From a virus: 64,000 nucleotides of DNA. The stretch is from positions 34,353-98,352 of IMG/VR virus record IMGVR_UViG_3300016478_000246; one strand, given 5' to 3'. Of this stretch, positions 24,301 through 30,863 are shown piece by piece (the first letter of the stretch is position 1; every line of letters begins with the position of its first letter). A program made the translations under genes and the position numbers. The notes beneath the pieces are model-generated. The model was not told the DNA's origin and did no database searches. It saw only the letters and a list, made by a program, of their open reading frames with translations.

Positions 24301-24564
24301 GCTAAAAAATATGGTTCTGAACCATTTATGGCAATTGTTAGAAATCAGTCTGACATCACAATATCAAATCCAAGAGTTGTTATGCTTAAAAAGCGGTCAA
24401 GTGACTCGTTGGCGGTGGTTGGAACAAAAGAAGATGTAGTTGACAATACATCATGGGAAGCTGTTAAAGATAATAATGTTATCAAGAGCAGCGGCTGGAC
24501 TAAAGAAGACTGGGATGCAAAGTCACAGGAAGAAAAGGATCAATTTATTAAATGTTACGTATAA
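9355..24564 (+). CDS. Giant virion-packaged RNA polymerase polyprotein (SF1 helicase + zincin + two-barrel RNAP)
   Basis: 5069 aa. Catalytic DFDVD (21679-21693) preceded by 'GYRIP'; also 'DGQGY', 'FASAVKVG', 'AAVDNVKE'. SF1 motifs GIAGTGKT (13288-13311), DEIG, GDPNQ, QYRS, QGLT, YMLLSRA. HEAFH zincin (17152-17166). Confidence 0.88.
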   Translation: MAKTIEDKALGLEFVSDDPLKSYNPSIAVKQTGDFNVPGIGTVSRESLAPVNLWQADPTRQEAVGQYMQGIDMADKYLSRENITPEDLDDINEVMYRNQSTVEAVANGFVSRAISILPKTLNTIGSIGGLGYGMMDYMFDAINPNEEADLGRSLNQGLDNFWVRGMNHWDESLKELMPVFGSKYGYYSDSLMDNLSSAKFWAEDGFDGLAFTASAFVPGAGWAKALDAMSKTAKGANFFAQTAKFAKYGKAAQAMNAMSKEQLVASGVDKLTNILTTATNVINESALEAYEATKNFDKDTFIAKRLQESPEAKRIMQLEEQVSMMRDDSEIAGLINPEEGPKAMKMRELQEAKDNLLNQLDEEYLEAKGQLGLNVFRANNMVLILPDYLQSKLFTKAFGNASKSIRAEARQAANKAIRTTALKEGFKQAGYAIGREGFWEENAQTAASTYYQEKAFGTPRIDNDVVGILDNMVKNATFQDKEGAKSIILGAAAGGLSSFGLGAYAQKQKNKEFDKEEKLWQNILNIAGASVKTAVDDWRALADENGNISTENFIKAFTFAKDKKDAIESQQVALLLGNEIAHELGRNDEITKLFWGEVSSVNGSKYISQEEAIEVIKGKLTALKEVDGADNETIAMADGFIAKVDKLSENLKNAEETINRVIDSEDKNAADNKDVLTRSLFFAMNKLAEVNDLIENGETISDRQKEALGALAEEYQEAIDALSDKNKVKGLVQKFTNDANYHLALQNQIAEETAKPKETQDPTKLKVLKYQLEEFYEIYGFQTNADKKSRRAWGTNGLRLGFAPTDVVNRGTLGLRDKYFYDLGRDALARNEVERLMADVNGDVTAAEIVSFVESENFHYLTKEEADRLSAIADSKAQALKEAKDNAIVIRDDFSIDTTAFDELSKSPDNIFTEATSSKPSELIGNAYAKKSQERTEFIGSEDKEMSFANNIRRRLATKFKRDTDTMIEKINEDIDSYSNIEAINERINATQDRIDVFEQSEDHKDLFKDDSAKFIESLKEQKVVLEQLKGAALNNKGNKEALDTKLKNIESQSMMSAFGLMLDGNKVKISNMALIEKIKAIVGVDVLNKLISNLETDGMVGDYVFIDKFMHDLTADQRTQISEAIKAEHAVVKDRLSKSVFRLKVADGRLDKYAAILENPQKILTVFLGSKKMFKKGADGYIFLTSTTNKKNIIDRYMIHGNLDLLLEEITIDNGKTLMAENVKLTAQDVTDVVEFLKDMIQMRNNARILSDLASTSDMSKFAKAEKDLLTSTTIGPSQQQRSTIKRIYKWLGDFSDTKNSGFSDMLIANGIAGTGKTMIVAKMLFKLLAKTAGINVNKNIMVLGATKEVADNLSNSIGKTIGATSKAVEDLKEEDLNDNISIIAVDEIGVLNIVRLGELAVKLRNVNAKRIEKGLNPIKLIGFGDPNQVTEVEGDNASRITELEGKVNEVQTTDLVDIKFAPTLMVQYRSDIDAINEAADEFSGRKKPVKNISAVSNVKSDEYEAKDAKGVHAYDNINSFIQRIEGFLKANEKKTITLAYNLPENKEEIYKRLSDEARKRVVFKNFFELQGLTIDNLFINVKVKGTDQKRFNSSMYMLLSRATNYVAINDNHRNFEQKVDPISMEKVADRNVEQKSKSKDAYDKVVEEELAVMGDVVIAKQPTLKKTPKVSTPPTQNDKPELNPVNHQPESPVEEEVDDTDDREITPEGKAELAAKEAERVKDKPDDAKIGDIIEDTWEPGQVKVENPRGANFKTADLKDGDKLFVLKITPGQIKGGPKEVAILVKEIEVAGEKKYIEVAWLNKKEVKDLGLEDHPLFKSKKGVDRSNDNDMYSDVEHAMFKDEDGNLVQVNVDAARGFKVKYDPNIKATGNIISDTAGYIADKFKVLTGKLNVEYFLPTRSTMDKTNPKNAYSNLPLDLGVPYLIFTLPNGKTIHVRLNPKPFTKDNSWTINGVSAFERLRLFTEGSAAIIKWLEENSIATSIGSFSYRDLLHAIGSDKELMIAPDGDKRFKLIEGLSATTFEGAFNNSIDAQKMSAFFGGDIDLFNRFITENRAALENVLNQYFSVKEETEIINITNSIKEGDPYKLGGAFEVFADVVNNKFAEMISGPLAAELAKNNPSREAVLEIFGIELELTKDGVPSESESNKEKLAAAEKFSKEFEKLHRVHITKEKLAEIAFKSWTAFEEGQMFPKGSSKKISSNGSEQNAFKIIRDLYKQMLVFSPIEHEDENGIIYKWHAEFNNKKIDGKHVITRAYPGEEDRPFIVQGRTTQNSPIQAILNNVARSNKTINGKNLRKYAPKKRVLVTHYESDAVTLLWEKRIDKTTVDHPVVENMHLDARAHGVNEEALVKYISIRDAAIAEYNKAKGYASNKDHTDEDRVAIQSVLQESIEEELIDSLVKNEADTNWAMDDLDEILSGNTRRQIVSNEIRDANKNGLAAMREYQENFSSDFAGIQESTLIIKRDVPSAKPEQAPAEAAAAPQEQIDVVPEEETEAGVGLLDIGGSLSDIGMPKDDFDDAFLVKEGTSQEQLGRVINVNTALAYLRRLFPNADINTFRFLESVRGQGKDVFGRFVDGIIEVEKIAKSDNLYENIVRHEAFHKVWREFMTASDRKIVVEAYLKTLPKDEQAKYSNMSYAYLAMELEEHIARAYQVYNKNQDIKPGPMRKAMLFLKRIFRDLMHFLTGNPAELNHYFNLIDYGFFNTQFDQFRGSKGYYGIIKDFQSVDNYIYAKEFVAETYKYFLFNGRGPSKIPMSQQEMNAAVILVAQDRLNKRKAFLNANAQKYMDKELTKEQVEKYEQAEKEAKAYEMLLLSDKVLKDTEKLNDYKKILDDEAIDKESKEYKEAKEAYDKTITRINKAKNQDFPRFSKILDEILPGRADNKLAAGVLTVGDKVEDTEIDYEDEEEFKDPSADSGVTALSPFEANSDKHDRETKMFASVKHALSTARNLQYNTFIDGGLAFRMVFKWFEGLNNDSNEILLQVRNRMINDVFKGDHKITDTELIKDYGNREDVSMYFALKEIYDIASSNFYSKRYYDANPELKGSRLEDNIAVILDSKGDVAHLAVHKKGEDISKALLQDLKNNADVILISAKDLKLDKNNKHLLLVQEMIAKAAKEGLTLKDYEISAVMQKEIFRNTWVEIQNTFSSMKESNLIVVKRKDSFKGIEYSVSSGASTEKQQLVINNVKDEIAKKFKTKSEFMAWIKTQATTFDLKSADIDAMTDEQLKETIKAFFKSIGITSKPDFKNTTRVVWDSVVRELNWFSSANMVKWAESQEAKAVDKAADENDMIAGRKDEEDADYIDEVFEEEGTILNKLASVISAENTKRRAGSFRGADDRKRYTIVMSEFATKVITQLKSHEFGVRGGNIKLPDYLKTDFMRANPILAGLQKIHKFHLHGGNKYSNNYSEDKVIDYNKEGFQQYMERSFMAYFMRGFKKGGSSVEYFQPVYVKSNRKDTTPAKMNVLTSEKIINTIYPQIFNQQLLQDPDLGDKWNVDDEGTPVDVFKFVNMGPLKQAVIDATGNKFTKEKFIEMMRQGKTWNDLDSIFGEGTINKVKENLNKYFDGIAKQLAQRMVTEGVKLHVDMAQMVENLLVFDGMDPKVAKETVEKEFKDFGTNLFQSASANAKKEGKGIYSNKASMLEAAVRLFAMNNEVNSYALNQIFTGNQNVFGKGVSILKRMSVIFGPGMGIAVGPMGAKVKSNVLVLKDPTYGSEYRKLIYGQVGLTESEISELLSKNSRGAINYADGQGYITPKRAQELRRAVGASYNLSTVGKPLWYDIDENGVAHAIKYSWIELTDEIVNSDSTGGLKALRELMEKHDVDEAVFASAVKVGLPKGVVDWDAVMNKTADDDMVSKAMLQMKNANYRLQLNPEHGFGDNNTTVPSQLMFILNILNNNVEEADKAYDALMNLYKIGFKELSEKIKKHGKLSEEKVLDTLKTKFKSSPSAEIESNLLDEGVTTDWPAITNKAFSQMTSLFSKNTINQRLKGGKTVLMASNGVTVNGRELSYSVEVDADGRKTIMSEAVLTREAAKQILTPEEYKELNDAIAKGRTPNLIFTNGNLFGYRIPSSELHSGVALKIVGLIDGPGVNIVVPKYIVEVHGSDFDVDSLFVIGREVVYNKEGVLINYDWDKKNNRYELRIATEDEIEALPIKDKKRYYKNIVTEMLLKAISKRENFVRTNSAISLAALEGLRVKIARETGGSVVKSEKNLSNVLEAFEVHQSSHNGSDGVGIFASSFKAIAYAMRAGLNKAIPRVTINDNDDRQKIVFNGKLIDLLSNKITTFEMIDALVNAAVDNVKEQILPYFNLNANTMSSFVGMLALDAGETNGISNSNELAGRMARQLFFKNIADYKSGNSFMATAGVINDIAEALKKLGKDIPESYEDLTTEELTKALAFNEKAGINSLNELYEKLKNTTDAELIDFAAQQVKFFEFYKSFNKVGEDLSKLSGLMSILREFPSDAIALETKVKDFGSVFEEVDEKIAKPIDGDLERTIDYSKVKSKDSFSIDLQELFITAPHLAEAHKVLTELYLATEFYFFKHSKEVKAFVEQVSGITGKILNETSNEEIAEGDKEEGESKSSMKQDVKTKVSMRDDVIKFLINAINWDPAFPGYNNLPPAEIEVNKEKRTVAGVDAFKKHFGEKIYALKEHLKTVSSEQGVNKKILINKFINELSPRVGWGGITEWSMPRSVDFKSEDLIRLKADFEKLNKYDIKYNEETKKWEVSETDDLSYKEWQKDFVRYGTIVNGMSFGASSFSLALPSDLYMGLSDGLRAMVEVIKNNPKMLYNNKHRFFIQYAFNNILKVKSIDTKAEKEGASYSGFVEIQDKEHFFNLKFPLEVTKDKDNNEVVHDNMPSLIRRTGNKISDIFMLVGTKDKHAYYIRLGAQRPTMTYNTTEEEFVAAASTEFKDNKDTIMSLNEFKGMSEIDAEAVWSTLNEQVRAERLFSVKVDTTMPHIIVPNTLEDKFKVQPDLVEMLAKKYGSEPFMAIVRNQSDITISNPRVVMLKKRSSDSLAVVGTKEDVVDNTSWEAVKDNNVIKSSGWTKEDWDAKSQEEKDQFIKCYV

Positions 24565-24566
24565 TA

Positions 24567-27500
24567 ATGAATAACTGTGTAAATATGAACCATAAGGATT
24601 TTAAAGACCTGGCAGAAATGTCAGGTCTAAATCCTTTGGATTTGGCGCTCAAGATGGGCGTATGGATGAATAATAACAATACGACAGAATGGCCAACATT
24701 AGAGCAATTAGGAATTAAAGCTGTAAAACAAATTGAATTGGTCCAAAGACAAGGCTTACAAGCATCTGAGCCTAAAACCTTTAAGGCTCCAATATTTAAA
24801 AAATGGACCGCTCAATTTAAGGGTGAAAGGTTTGGGCTTAAGTCTATTCTCAAAGATATTACAGGGCTTTCAAAAAACATGAGTTCTCTATTGAACTTTT
24901 TATTGAAAAATGTCAATGGCGATGTTCAATTCCAGATAATCTCAAGAGAGCAGATTATTAAAAAGTTTGGGCAAAAGATGGCTAATTCAAGGGGGTTTTA
25001 TGATACTGATTCAAACACAATCTACTTAAGCTCTGACAGCAAAAACAATCTTGACAATAAAGATTTGCTAACAACAATTCTACATGAGTTAGTCCATAAC
25101 GTATCAGTCAGTAAAATTAAAGCTATTCAGTCTGAGTTAAGGCGGGGAGTGATGAAAAATTCTGGAGTATATACGGAGCTGCAAGACTTATACAATAAGC
25201 TAAAACCGCTCTTGCAAAATAGATTCCCTGAGTATTTTCAAGATGAACTTGGGAATGACTCATTGATTGAATTTATTGTGGCATTATCAGATGAAAAGTT
25301 CACAAAGGCCCTTAATGCTCTTGAAGAAGATAAAGTATCGTTCTTTAAAAAGATTATCAATTGGTTTAAGAATCTGTTGGGAATCAAAGCAAATACCTTG
25401 CATGATAGATTGATGGACGCTTTATACCAATTATCTTCAATGACTATCAGCGAAATTGATAACGTTCAACTCAACAAAACCTTTGCACGCGTTCAGAATT
25501 TTTATGAATTCAATGAAACAACCAAAAAGATTTTAGCTGAAAGCGAGGATTTATCAGTTCAAATGGTTAAGGATGAAGATGGTAATGAAGTTGAGGGTGA
25601 AGTGTATGAAGACGTAAGAAGCGGTAAATTATATAATCGTATCACTTATGGAGCCAAGTCACTATTAAAAGCGTTTGTGCCCAAAAAGTTTGATGGAGAT
25701 TTTTCTCAAAACAAGGCTGATGAAATATGGAAAAACCTTGACCATGATTTTAAAATCAATATAGAGGGGACGTCTTATACTTATGATGAATATCTGTCCA
25801 AGTTGAGAGATAGTTTTAAATTTGGCACCACTCGCGGTCGAATTATGGACCATATCAATCAGTTAATTAATGAGACTGACCCTATGGAACAGTCCAGAAT
25901 TAAAGCATTAATTGCTAAAGAAGCTGCAAAAGGAGGTGTTGAAGAATCAAGGTATAACTGGTTATTTGATGATGTACTCGACCATAAAGGTGCTAAAACC
26001 GGTCAGCAAGTTTATGAGAAAATGTATGAACAGCTTGGCGTTAATAAATTTAAAAAATATGTCAAGGCAGAACTGCGTGACAAGGTTACTACTCAGGTGA
26101 CTGTTGCTTCGGATTTATTAGGATACGCGGGGTCTATAGACATGCTTGTAGAGCACCAAGAAAACTTTTATGGCAAGGATGGAGAGATAGCTGGTAAATA
26201 CCTAAGTATTTATGACTTGAAATCCGGTAAGTCGCAGCTTAACGAAATAGGTATGCATTTGCTGCACTATGGAGAGCAGAACAAATGGATTACCAATGGT
26301 GGGTTAGATATGGCTAAATTACAGATTGCAATTTATGCAATGATGATTAAGCTAAACAATCCTGAGCAGCGATTTAAAAACCTGCAAGTGGTATCAGTGC
26401 AAAATAAATATGAAGCTATGCGCTTTAATAAGCACACCCTGGTTGAAGTTGAATCATTTATCCCCATGATGGAGGCCTTCTTTAAAGATAAAGGCTTAAT
26501 GAAAGAGCTTGGTCTTGACCCCAACATAGCAGCAGATATGGTGCGGCAAAGCCCTGATGTGTTTAATTACAACCATTATCAACATGTTGAGTTCGTTGAA
26601 GATGAAATAAATACTCTTGAAAAAATCAACTTTAAAATAGCTTTAAACGAGCAAATACGCAGGGAGTCTAACATATCAAATGAAGAGAAGTATCGCCTTG
26701 AGAAGGAGATGCAAGAGCTCTTGAAGAAAAAGATTATGTACGAGGAGGATGAGAGTACTGCGTCAGAGTTTTTAAGCCAAAAGAAAACCCCATCAACATC
26801 ATTTGTTGCAAGATGGCTTGGCGGTCTTGGTGATTCAAACCACCCTCTTGTGAAGGCTTTTAAATCAGCGTGGGACAGGGCTTATAATAGGCATACTATT
26901 AATATGCTCGCTAAAGGTGATGAGATTGAAGTAGTTGTGGATGCGCTTAGAAACGATTATAAGAAGCGCAAGACTATTTCTGAAATGGTTGAGGGCGATA
27001 ATCTCACAATGTATGATGAGTTATTAAAAGATGATTTTGTTGAAGGCGTAGGTAATGTTGAACGACTAATCCTCGAAAAAGATGCTGAGTGGTCAAGACT
27101 GAGTGACGCGCAACAAAATTTTATCAAACTTCATGAGAAAATGATGAAAGAGTATTTTGTTGGTAAGGGAGCATATCTCAACACCCAGGCTTCACAAGAC
27201 ATTCGTAAAAAGTCAGTATCTCATCTGCAACTACAAGCGCCAGGTTTTACATATTACGAAGGATTCTTTCCAAAGACTGCTCCATCAGATATGGATCTAA
27301 AGCGTCGATATGGCAAAGGAAATGCCCTTACAGGTGCTATTTTAAGTCTTGAATATAAGAAAGCCCTGCTTGCAAGAAAGTTTAGCTTTGCTGAAGAGTT
27401 TATGTTTGAAAACTATGGTAACGAGCGCATAGCTCTTCCAATTAAATACTTAGGCTCAAGAAAAAATGATGATGAAAAGTATTATTCACATGACTTGGGG

Positions 27501-29162
27501 GCATCATTAACTAAATTTGTTGAGTGGTTAGAGTATAAAAAAGAGATGGACCCGGTTTACGCTATGGGCAAAGCTATTAATTATACAGTCCTGGCTGAAA
27601 CTGCAAGGCTTAGAAATCAAGATAAAGATAAGGAGGCTGATAAGGTTTTGGCCGAAATGGATATTCTTAAAGGATTTTTAAGAAAAGGTGTGCAACGAAT
27701 TTCAAAAGACGATACAATGTGGTTTGGTGAGTTTAATATGAAAATCACTAATCCAGCCACTGGCAAGCCAATATTTTTTGCCCCTGAAAAGTTTTTACGC
27801 GCCCTATCAAAGTGGGCCAGAGACACTACTATGTGGTTTAAGCCTTTTGCCGCTGCTGGTAACACTGTGCAGCAACAGTGGCTGCTTAATCGTAAAGCAA
27901 TTGATGACGCATGGGCAAATAAATGGTTTGGGGATTCTAATAGCCAAACAGACATGGGGCCTAAAGATATGGCATTTGCGACAGAAATATTTATTGGTAT
28001 TGGTCGCGACATAATTCTTGGCAAGCTTAAAGAAAATAAAGCCTGGGCTATGATGGAGCAATTTAACTATATTGACGGCAACACTATGGCTGCTTTAGAA
28101 CGCAGATACCATACTATGAGAGAGCGTACGTCGTTTGACGAGGCAGCTCTTATAATGCATACTATGGGTGAATTTTATGCTCTTACATCAACAATGTTTG
28201 CGCAAATGAACCACATGAAGCTTAAAGACGGTCGTTCATTTTATGACGCTTATGAATACAAGGATGGTAAATTAACATGGACTGGCGGAGTGCGCGCCAA
28301 AATTAAAATGGGTAATGGTCAATATAAAGATTTGATGGGCTTAGACTCAAAAGAAATAGCCAGGTTTAAAAGAATCCATGAAAGAATGCTTGGCAACTAC
28401 CGCTCTGATGAGTTTTCAGGGCTTGAGTTATATGCTTTTGGACAGTTCTTTGTGACTCTTAAAAAATACTTCCAGCGTATTGTGTTAAACCTTGTTGACT
28501 CAAAAACCATAGATCCTCTATTAGGCGAATACAGGCCAACAGGGACCATGAGAGATGCCGGGATGGAGTACGATGTGGTTGTGTGGCAAGGGCGCCATAT
28601 TGAGGCTAAATTTACGTCTGCAATGAGATTGTTTGCGCTACCATTTTGGTTCTTTAAAGGGCAATATAAAGACAAAATAAATGCTCTTACGTTTGAGCAA
28701 AAACGTAACATGCTTGAGTTTGCACATACTTACATTGAATTAGCTGTTTTAGCCATATTATTTTCAACATTCTTTTCAGATGTTCCAGATGATGATGCCA
28801 CAAAGAAATGGGCTAAGATGTATCTTATAGACAACCTGGCGCAACAGTATAACCCTGTGGATATATTGAGAACTATGAGCAACTTAACACCGGTTGGATT
28901 CACCAAGTCTTTTAGGACTATGGAAAATATGGTATTGTTTAGCGGCTCGTTAATAGCTCTTGGAGAAGGCGATAGAGATAGGGCGTTCACGCAGCAAGGC
29001 AATTTGCGAGGATTTATTGAAATGCAAAAATCAATTCCTGGATTAGCAGCATATTACGACCTTACGAGAAAACTTGATTCTATTGAATTCTTAAACCCTG
29101 ACAACGAGACGAGTAATTATATGACTCAAATGTTTAATGAAAAGGGTATGATTTTCAGATAA
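24567..29162 (+). CDS. Large virion cargo protein with zincin and PD-(D/E)XK nuclease-like domains
   Basis: 'RGFY...TILHELVH' (HELVH 25083-25097) with downstream 'EF'. 'GSIDML...IYDLKSG...QIAIYA' is a RecB/Cas4-like motif set. Likely start ATG 24567, just after the RNAP stop. Confidence 0.72.
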   Translation: MNNCVNMNHKDFKDLAEMSGLNPLDLALKMGVWMNNNNTTEWPTLEQLGIKAVKQIELVQRQGLQASEPKTFKAPIFKKWTAQFKGERFGLKSILKDITGLSKNMSSLLNFLLKNVNGDVQFQIISREQIIKKFGQKMANSRGFYDTDSNTIYLSSDSKNNLDNKDLLTTILHELVHNVSVSKIKAIQSELRRGVMKNSGVYTELQDLYNKLKPLLQNRFPEYFQDELGNDSLIEFIVALSDEKFTKALNALEEDKVSFFKKIINWFKNLLGIKANTLHDRLMDALYQLSSMTISEIDNVQLNKTFARVQNFYEFNETTKKILAESEDLSVQMVKDEDGNEVEGEVYEDVRSGKLYNRITYGAKSLLKAFVPKKFDGDFSQNKADEIWKNLDHDFKINIEGTSYTYDEYLSKLRDSFKFGTTRGRIMDHINQLINETDPMEQSRIKALIAKEAAKGGVEESRYNWLFDDVLDHKGAKTGQQVYEKMYEQLGVNKFKKYVKAELRDKVTTQVTVASDLLGYAGSIDMLVEHQENFYGKDGEIAGKYLSIYDLKSGKSQLNEIGMHLLHYGEQNKWITNGGLDMAKLQIAIYAMMIKLNNPEQRFKNLQVVSVQNKYEAMRFNKHTLVEVESFIPMMEAFFKDKGLMKELGLDPNIAADMVRQSPDVFNYNHYQHVEFVEDEINTLEKINFKIALNEQIRRESNISNEEKYRLEKEMQELLKKKIMYEEDESTASEFLSQKKTPSTSFVARWLGGLGDSNHPLVKAFKSAWDRAYNRHTINMLAKGDEIEVVVDALRNDYKKRKTISEMVEGDNLTMYDELLKDDFVEGVGNVERLILEKDAEWSRLSDAQQNFIKLHEKMMKEYFVGKGAYLNTQASQDIRKKSVSHLQLQAPGFTYYEGFFPKTAPSDMDLKRRYGKGNALTGAILSLEYKKALLARKFSFAEEFMFENYGNERIALPIKYLGSRKNDDEKYYSHDLGASLTKFVEWLEYKKEMDPVYAMGKAINYTVLAETARLRNQDKDKEADKVLAEMDILKGFLRKGVQRISKDDTMWFGEFNMKITNPATGKPIFFAPEKFLRALSKWARDTTMWFKPFAAAGNTVQQQWLLNRKAIDDAWANKWFGDSNSQTDMGPKDMAFATEIFIGIGRDIILGKLKENKAWAMMEQFNYIDGNTMAALERRYHTMRERTSFDEAALIMHTMGEFYALTSTMFAQMNHMKLKDGRSFYDAYEYKDGKLTWTGGVRAKIKMGNGQYKDLMGLDSKEIARFKRIHERMLGNYRSDEFSGLELYAFGQFFVTLKKYFQRIVLNLVDSKTIDPLLGEYRPTGTMRDAGMEYDVVVWQGRHIEAKFTSAMRLFALPFWFFKGQYKDKINALTFEQKRNMLEFAHTYIELAVLAILFSTFFSDVPDDDATKKWAKMYLIDNLAQQYNPVDILRTMSNLTPVGFTKSFRTMENMVLFSGSLIALGEGDRDRAFTQQGNLRGFIEMQKSIPGLAAYYDLTRKLDSIEFLNPDNETSNYMTQMFNEKGMIFR

Positions 29163-29202
29163 TCAGGGGCGTTAAATTTTTTCAAATATCACATAAAGAA
29201 GC

Positions 29203-29240
29203 AAATAGGGGATTACTCACGTAGTCCCCTATTTTTGTTT
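29203..29240. terminator. Probable bidirectional terminator between the convergent halves
   Basis: aaataggggattac-tcac-gtagtcccctattt hairpin followed by Ts, located between convergent stops at 29162 and 29258. Confidence 0.8.
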
Positions 29241-29257
29241 AAATTAATAATCCCCTA

Positions 29258-29776
29258 TTAGTTTAAATTCTCCACGACAGTTAATAAGTCGGAGTTACCA
29301 TCCTTCTCTATGAAGTATGGTAGTGTCCGCATGTACGTTAAGTCATCGTGATCCATAACGTATTGTTGAGTTGCTCGTATTATAAGCATCTCATCGCTAA
29401 TGCCATATTTTTCAATAAAACGCATTAGTTTATTTTTAACAAGTTCTTTGTTTCCTCTCCAATAAATACCCGTATCTTGCTTGACCCCCTCAGGGAACAA
29501 GTTTTGTAATGACTCTGCAAGAGATAGAACCTTCTGTTCATTGTAATATAAATCTCTGCTTAAATCAAGGGTATTTAGTAATTTTGTTCTGCCAGCCTCA
29601 GTGATAGAACACGCCCCGTTATTGAACGAGACGTATTCTTTTGATAATAATCCTGCTGGTGGGGCTTCTCTCACCTGGTCATAGTATAAAAAGTTTAGTA
29701 AAAATGTAAACTCTTTAAAAAATAGCCCTGATTTTTGAACCCTTATTGAATTAATAATTATTTCATTTCTCAACAT
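29258..29776 (-). CDS. wHTH/replication-initiator-like protein, paralog of 50248..50811
   Basis: Shares FPEGxK, YWR-N, ATQxYV, MRxLPYFIEKxGxSxLL with the protein upstream of DnaB. Start set at ATG 29776. Confidence 0.55.
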   Translation of the reverse strand: MLRNEIIINSIRVQKSGLFFKEFTFLLNFLYYDQVREAPPAGLLSKEYVSFNNGACSITEAGRTKLLNTLDLSRDLYYNEQKVLSLAESLQNLFPEGVKQDTGIYWRGNKELVKNKLMRFIEKYGISDEMLIIRATQQYVMDHDDLTYMRTLPYFIEKDGNSDLLTVVENLN

Positions 29777-30032
29777 TAGTTTTAATAAGTTTGCGCAAAT
29801 CATCAACACTCATTGAACCAACTTTTGTATCTATGATTTTATTTTGTTTCACAAACACCATCATTGGAACTCCTCTCACTCCATACGCATTTGCCATATC
29901 AATTTCTTCCTCAACATCAACTTCTTCAATAATGACTTTATCCTTGAACTCTGGCAAAACAATTTCAAGATTTTTAGCTAAAGTCTTACATGGGCCACAC
30001 CAGGTGGCACTAAATTTTAATATTTTAATCAT
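29763..30032 (-). CDS. trxA: Thioredoxin
   Basis: 'FSATWCGPCK' active site and 'VRGVP' cis-Pro motif. Confidence 0.92.
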   Translation of the reverse strand: MIKILKFSATWCGPCKTLAKNLEIVLPEFKDKVIIEEVDVEEEIDMANAYGVRGVPMMVFVKQNKIIDTKVGSMSVDDLRKLIKTNVEK

Positions 30033-30355
30033 CGGTTATCTCCACTTCCTGATATTACATGACGACTACGACGTGACTCAAGTTTTAATATATTCATCTC
30101 CATTATCTCTTCAAGACTGGAATCTAAATCATCCGCTAAAGCATTACAATACCATAGCACATCCCCAATCTCTTTAAGAATTTCAATCCGCTCCTCGGGA
30201 CCGAACTTGCCCCCTTTATCCCTAAGCACTTTTTTAACCTTTTCAGCCACTTCACCAGCTTCACCATTAAGTCCCAGTACTGGGTAAATGATTTTATCAC
30301 CTTCGCCATATGCGGCTGTTGCTAACGCTCTTTCTTGATACTCTTTTATATCCAT
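30029..30355 (-). CDS. MazG-like nucleotide pyrophosphohydrolase
   Basis: 'LGLNGEAGEVAEKVKK...KEIGDVLWY' and C-terminal 'GSGDNR'. Confidence 0.9.
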   Translation of the reverse strand: MDIKEYQERALATAAYGEGDKIIYPVLGLNGEAGEVAEKVKKVLRDKGGKFGPEERIEILKEIGDVLWYCNALADDLDSSLEEIMEMNILKLESRRSRHVISGSGDNR

Positions 30356-30356
30356 A

Positions 30357-30860
30357 TTAAAATATTACGTAACCGTTTTTATCCTTTTTTAATTTACTCA
30401 ATTGCTGCCATGTCATACCAAACGTTTTTTCAAAGTGTGGCATATCTTTAAACTTCCAGTCGCCACCCCACGTCCATCCATGACGTTTAAATATCTCAAC
30501 AACTTCAAGCCAATCAGCCTTTCCATCACTATCAAAATCAGTCTTTACATCCCACGATGCTTGTTTAGTATTATTAAGGAGCAATACTATATCAAATGCC
30601 AGGCCATAATTGTGTGTTGACTGACCACCCTTGACGTTTGTGACGATACCTAATCGCTTGCCTTTGGCATCATACAACTTAGACCTTCCTTGTGCATATA
30701 ATACGTTTTGCTCGGCATCAGTCCTTAAAGTATATGCAAATCTACAAATAGCCTTGCCAGCTAAGGCGGGAACTATTTCTTCAAGATATACTTTCATCAC
30801 CTCATCCCGGACTTTAGGATGAAGAAATTTAATTCGTTCTACTGTAAGTTTATCAATCAT
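30357..30860 (-). CDS. Endolysin, M15-family (L-Ala-D-Glu) peptidase
   Basis: 'RTDAEQNVLYAQGR', 'STHNYGLAFD', 'WGGDWKFKDMPHFE'. Confidence 0.9.
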   Translation of the reverse strand: MIDKLTVERIKFLHPKVRDEVMKVYLEEIVPALAGKAICRFAYTLRTDAEQNVLYAQGRSKLYDAKGKRLGIVTNVKGGQSTHNYGLAFDIVLLLNNTKQASWDVKTDFDSDGKADWLEVVEIFKRHGWTWGGDWKFKDMPHFEKTFGMTWQQLSKLKKDKNGYVIF

Positions 30861-30863
30861 TAT

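Noticed and set aside
9912-29002. Many 60-190 aa antisense or alternative-frame ORFs inside the giant genes
   Set aside because: Shadow ORFs of the long sense frames with no recognisable motifs.
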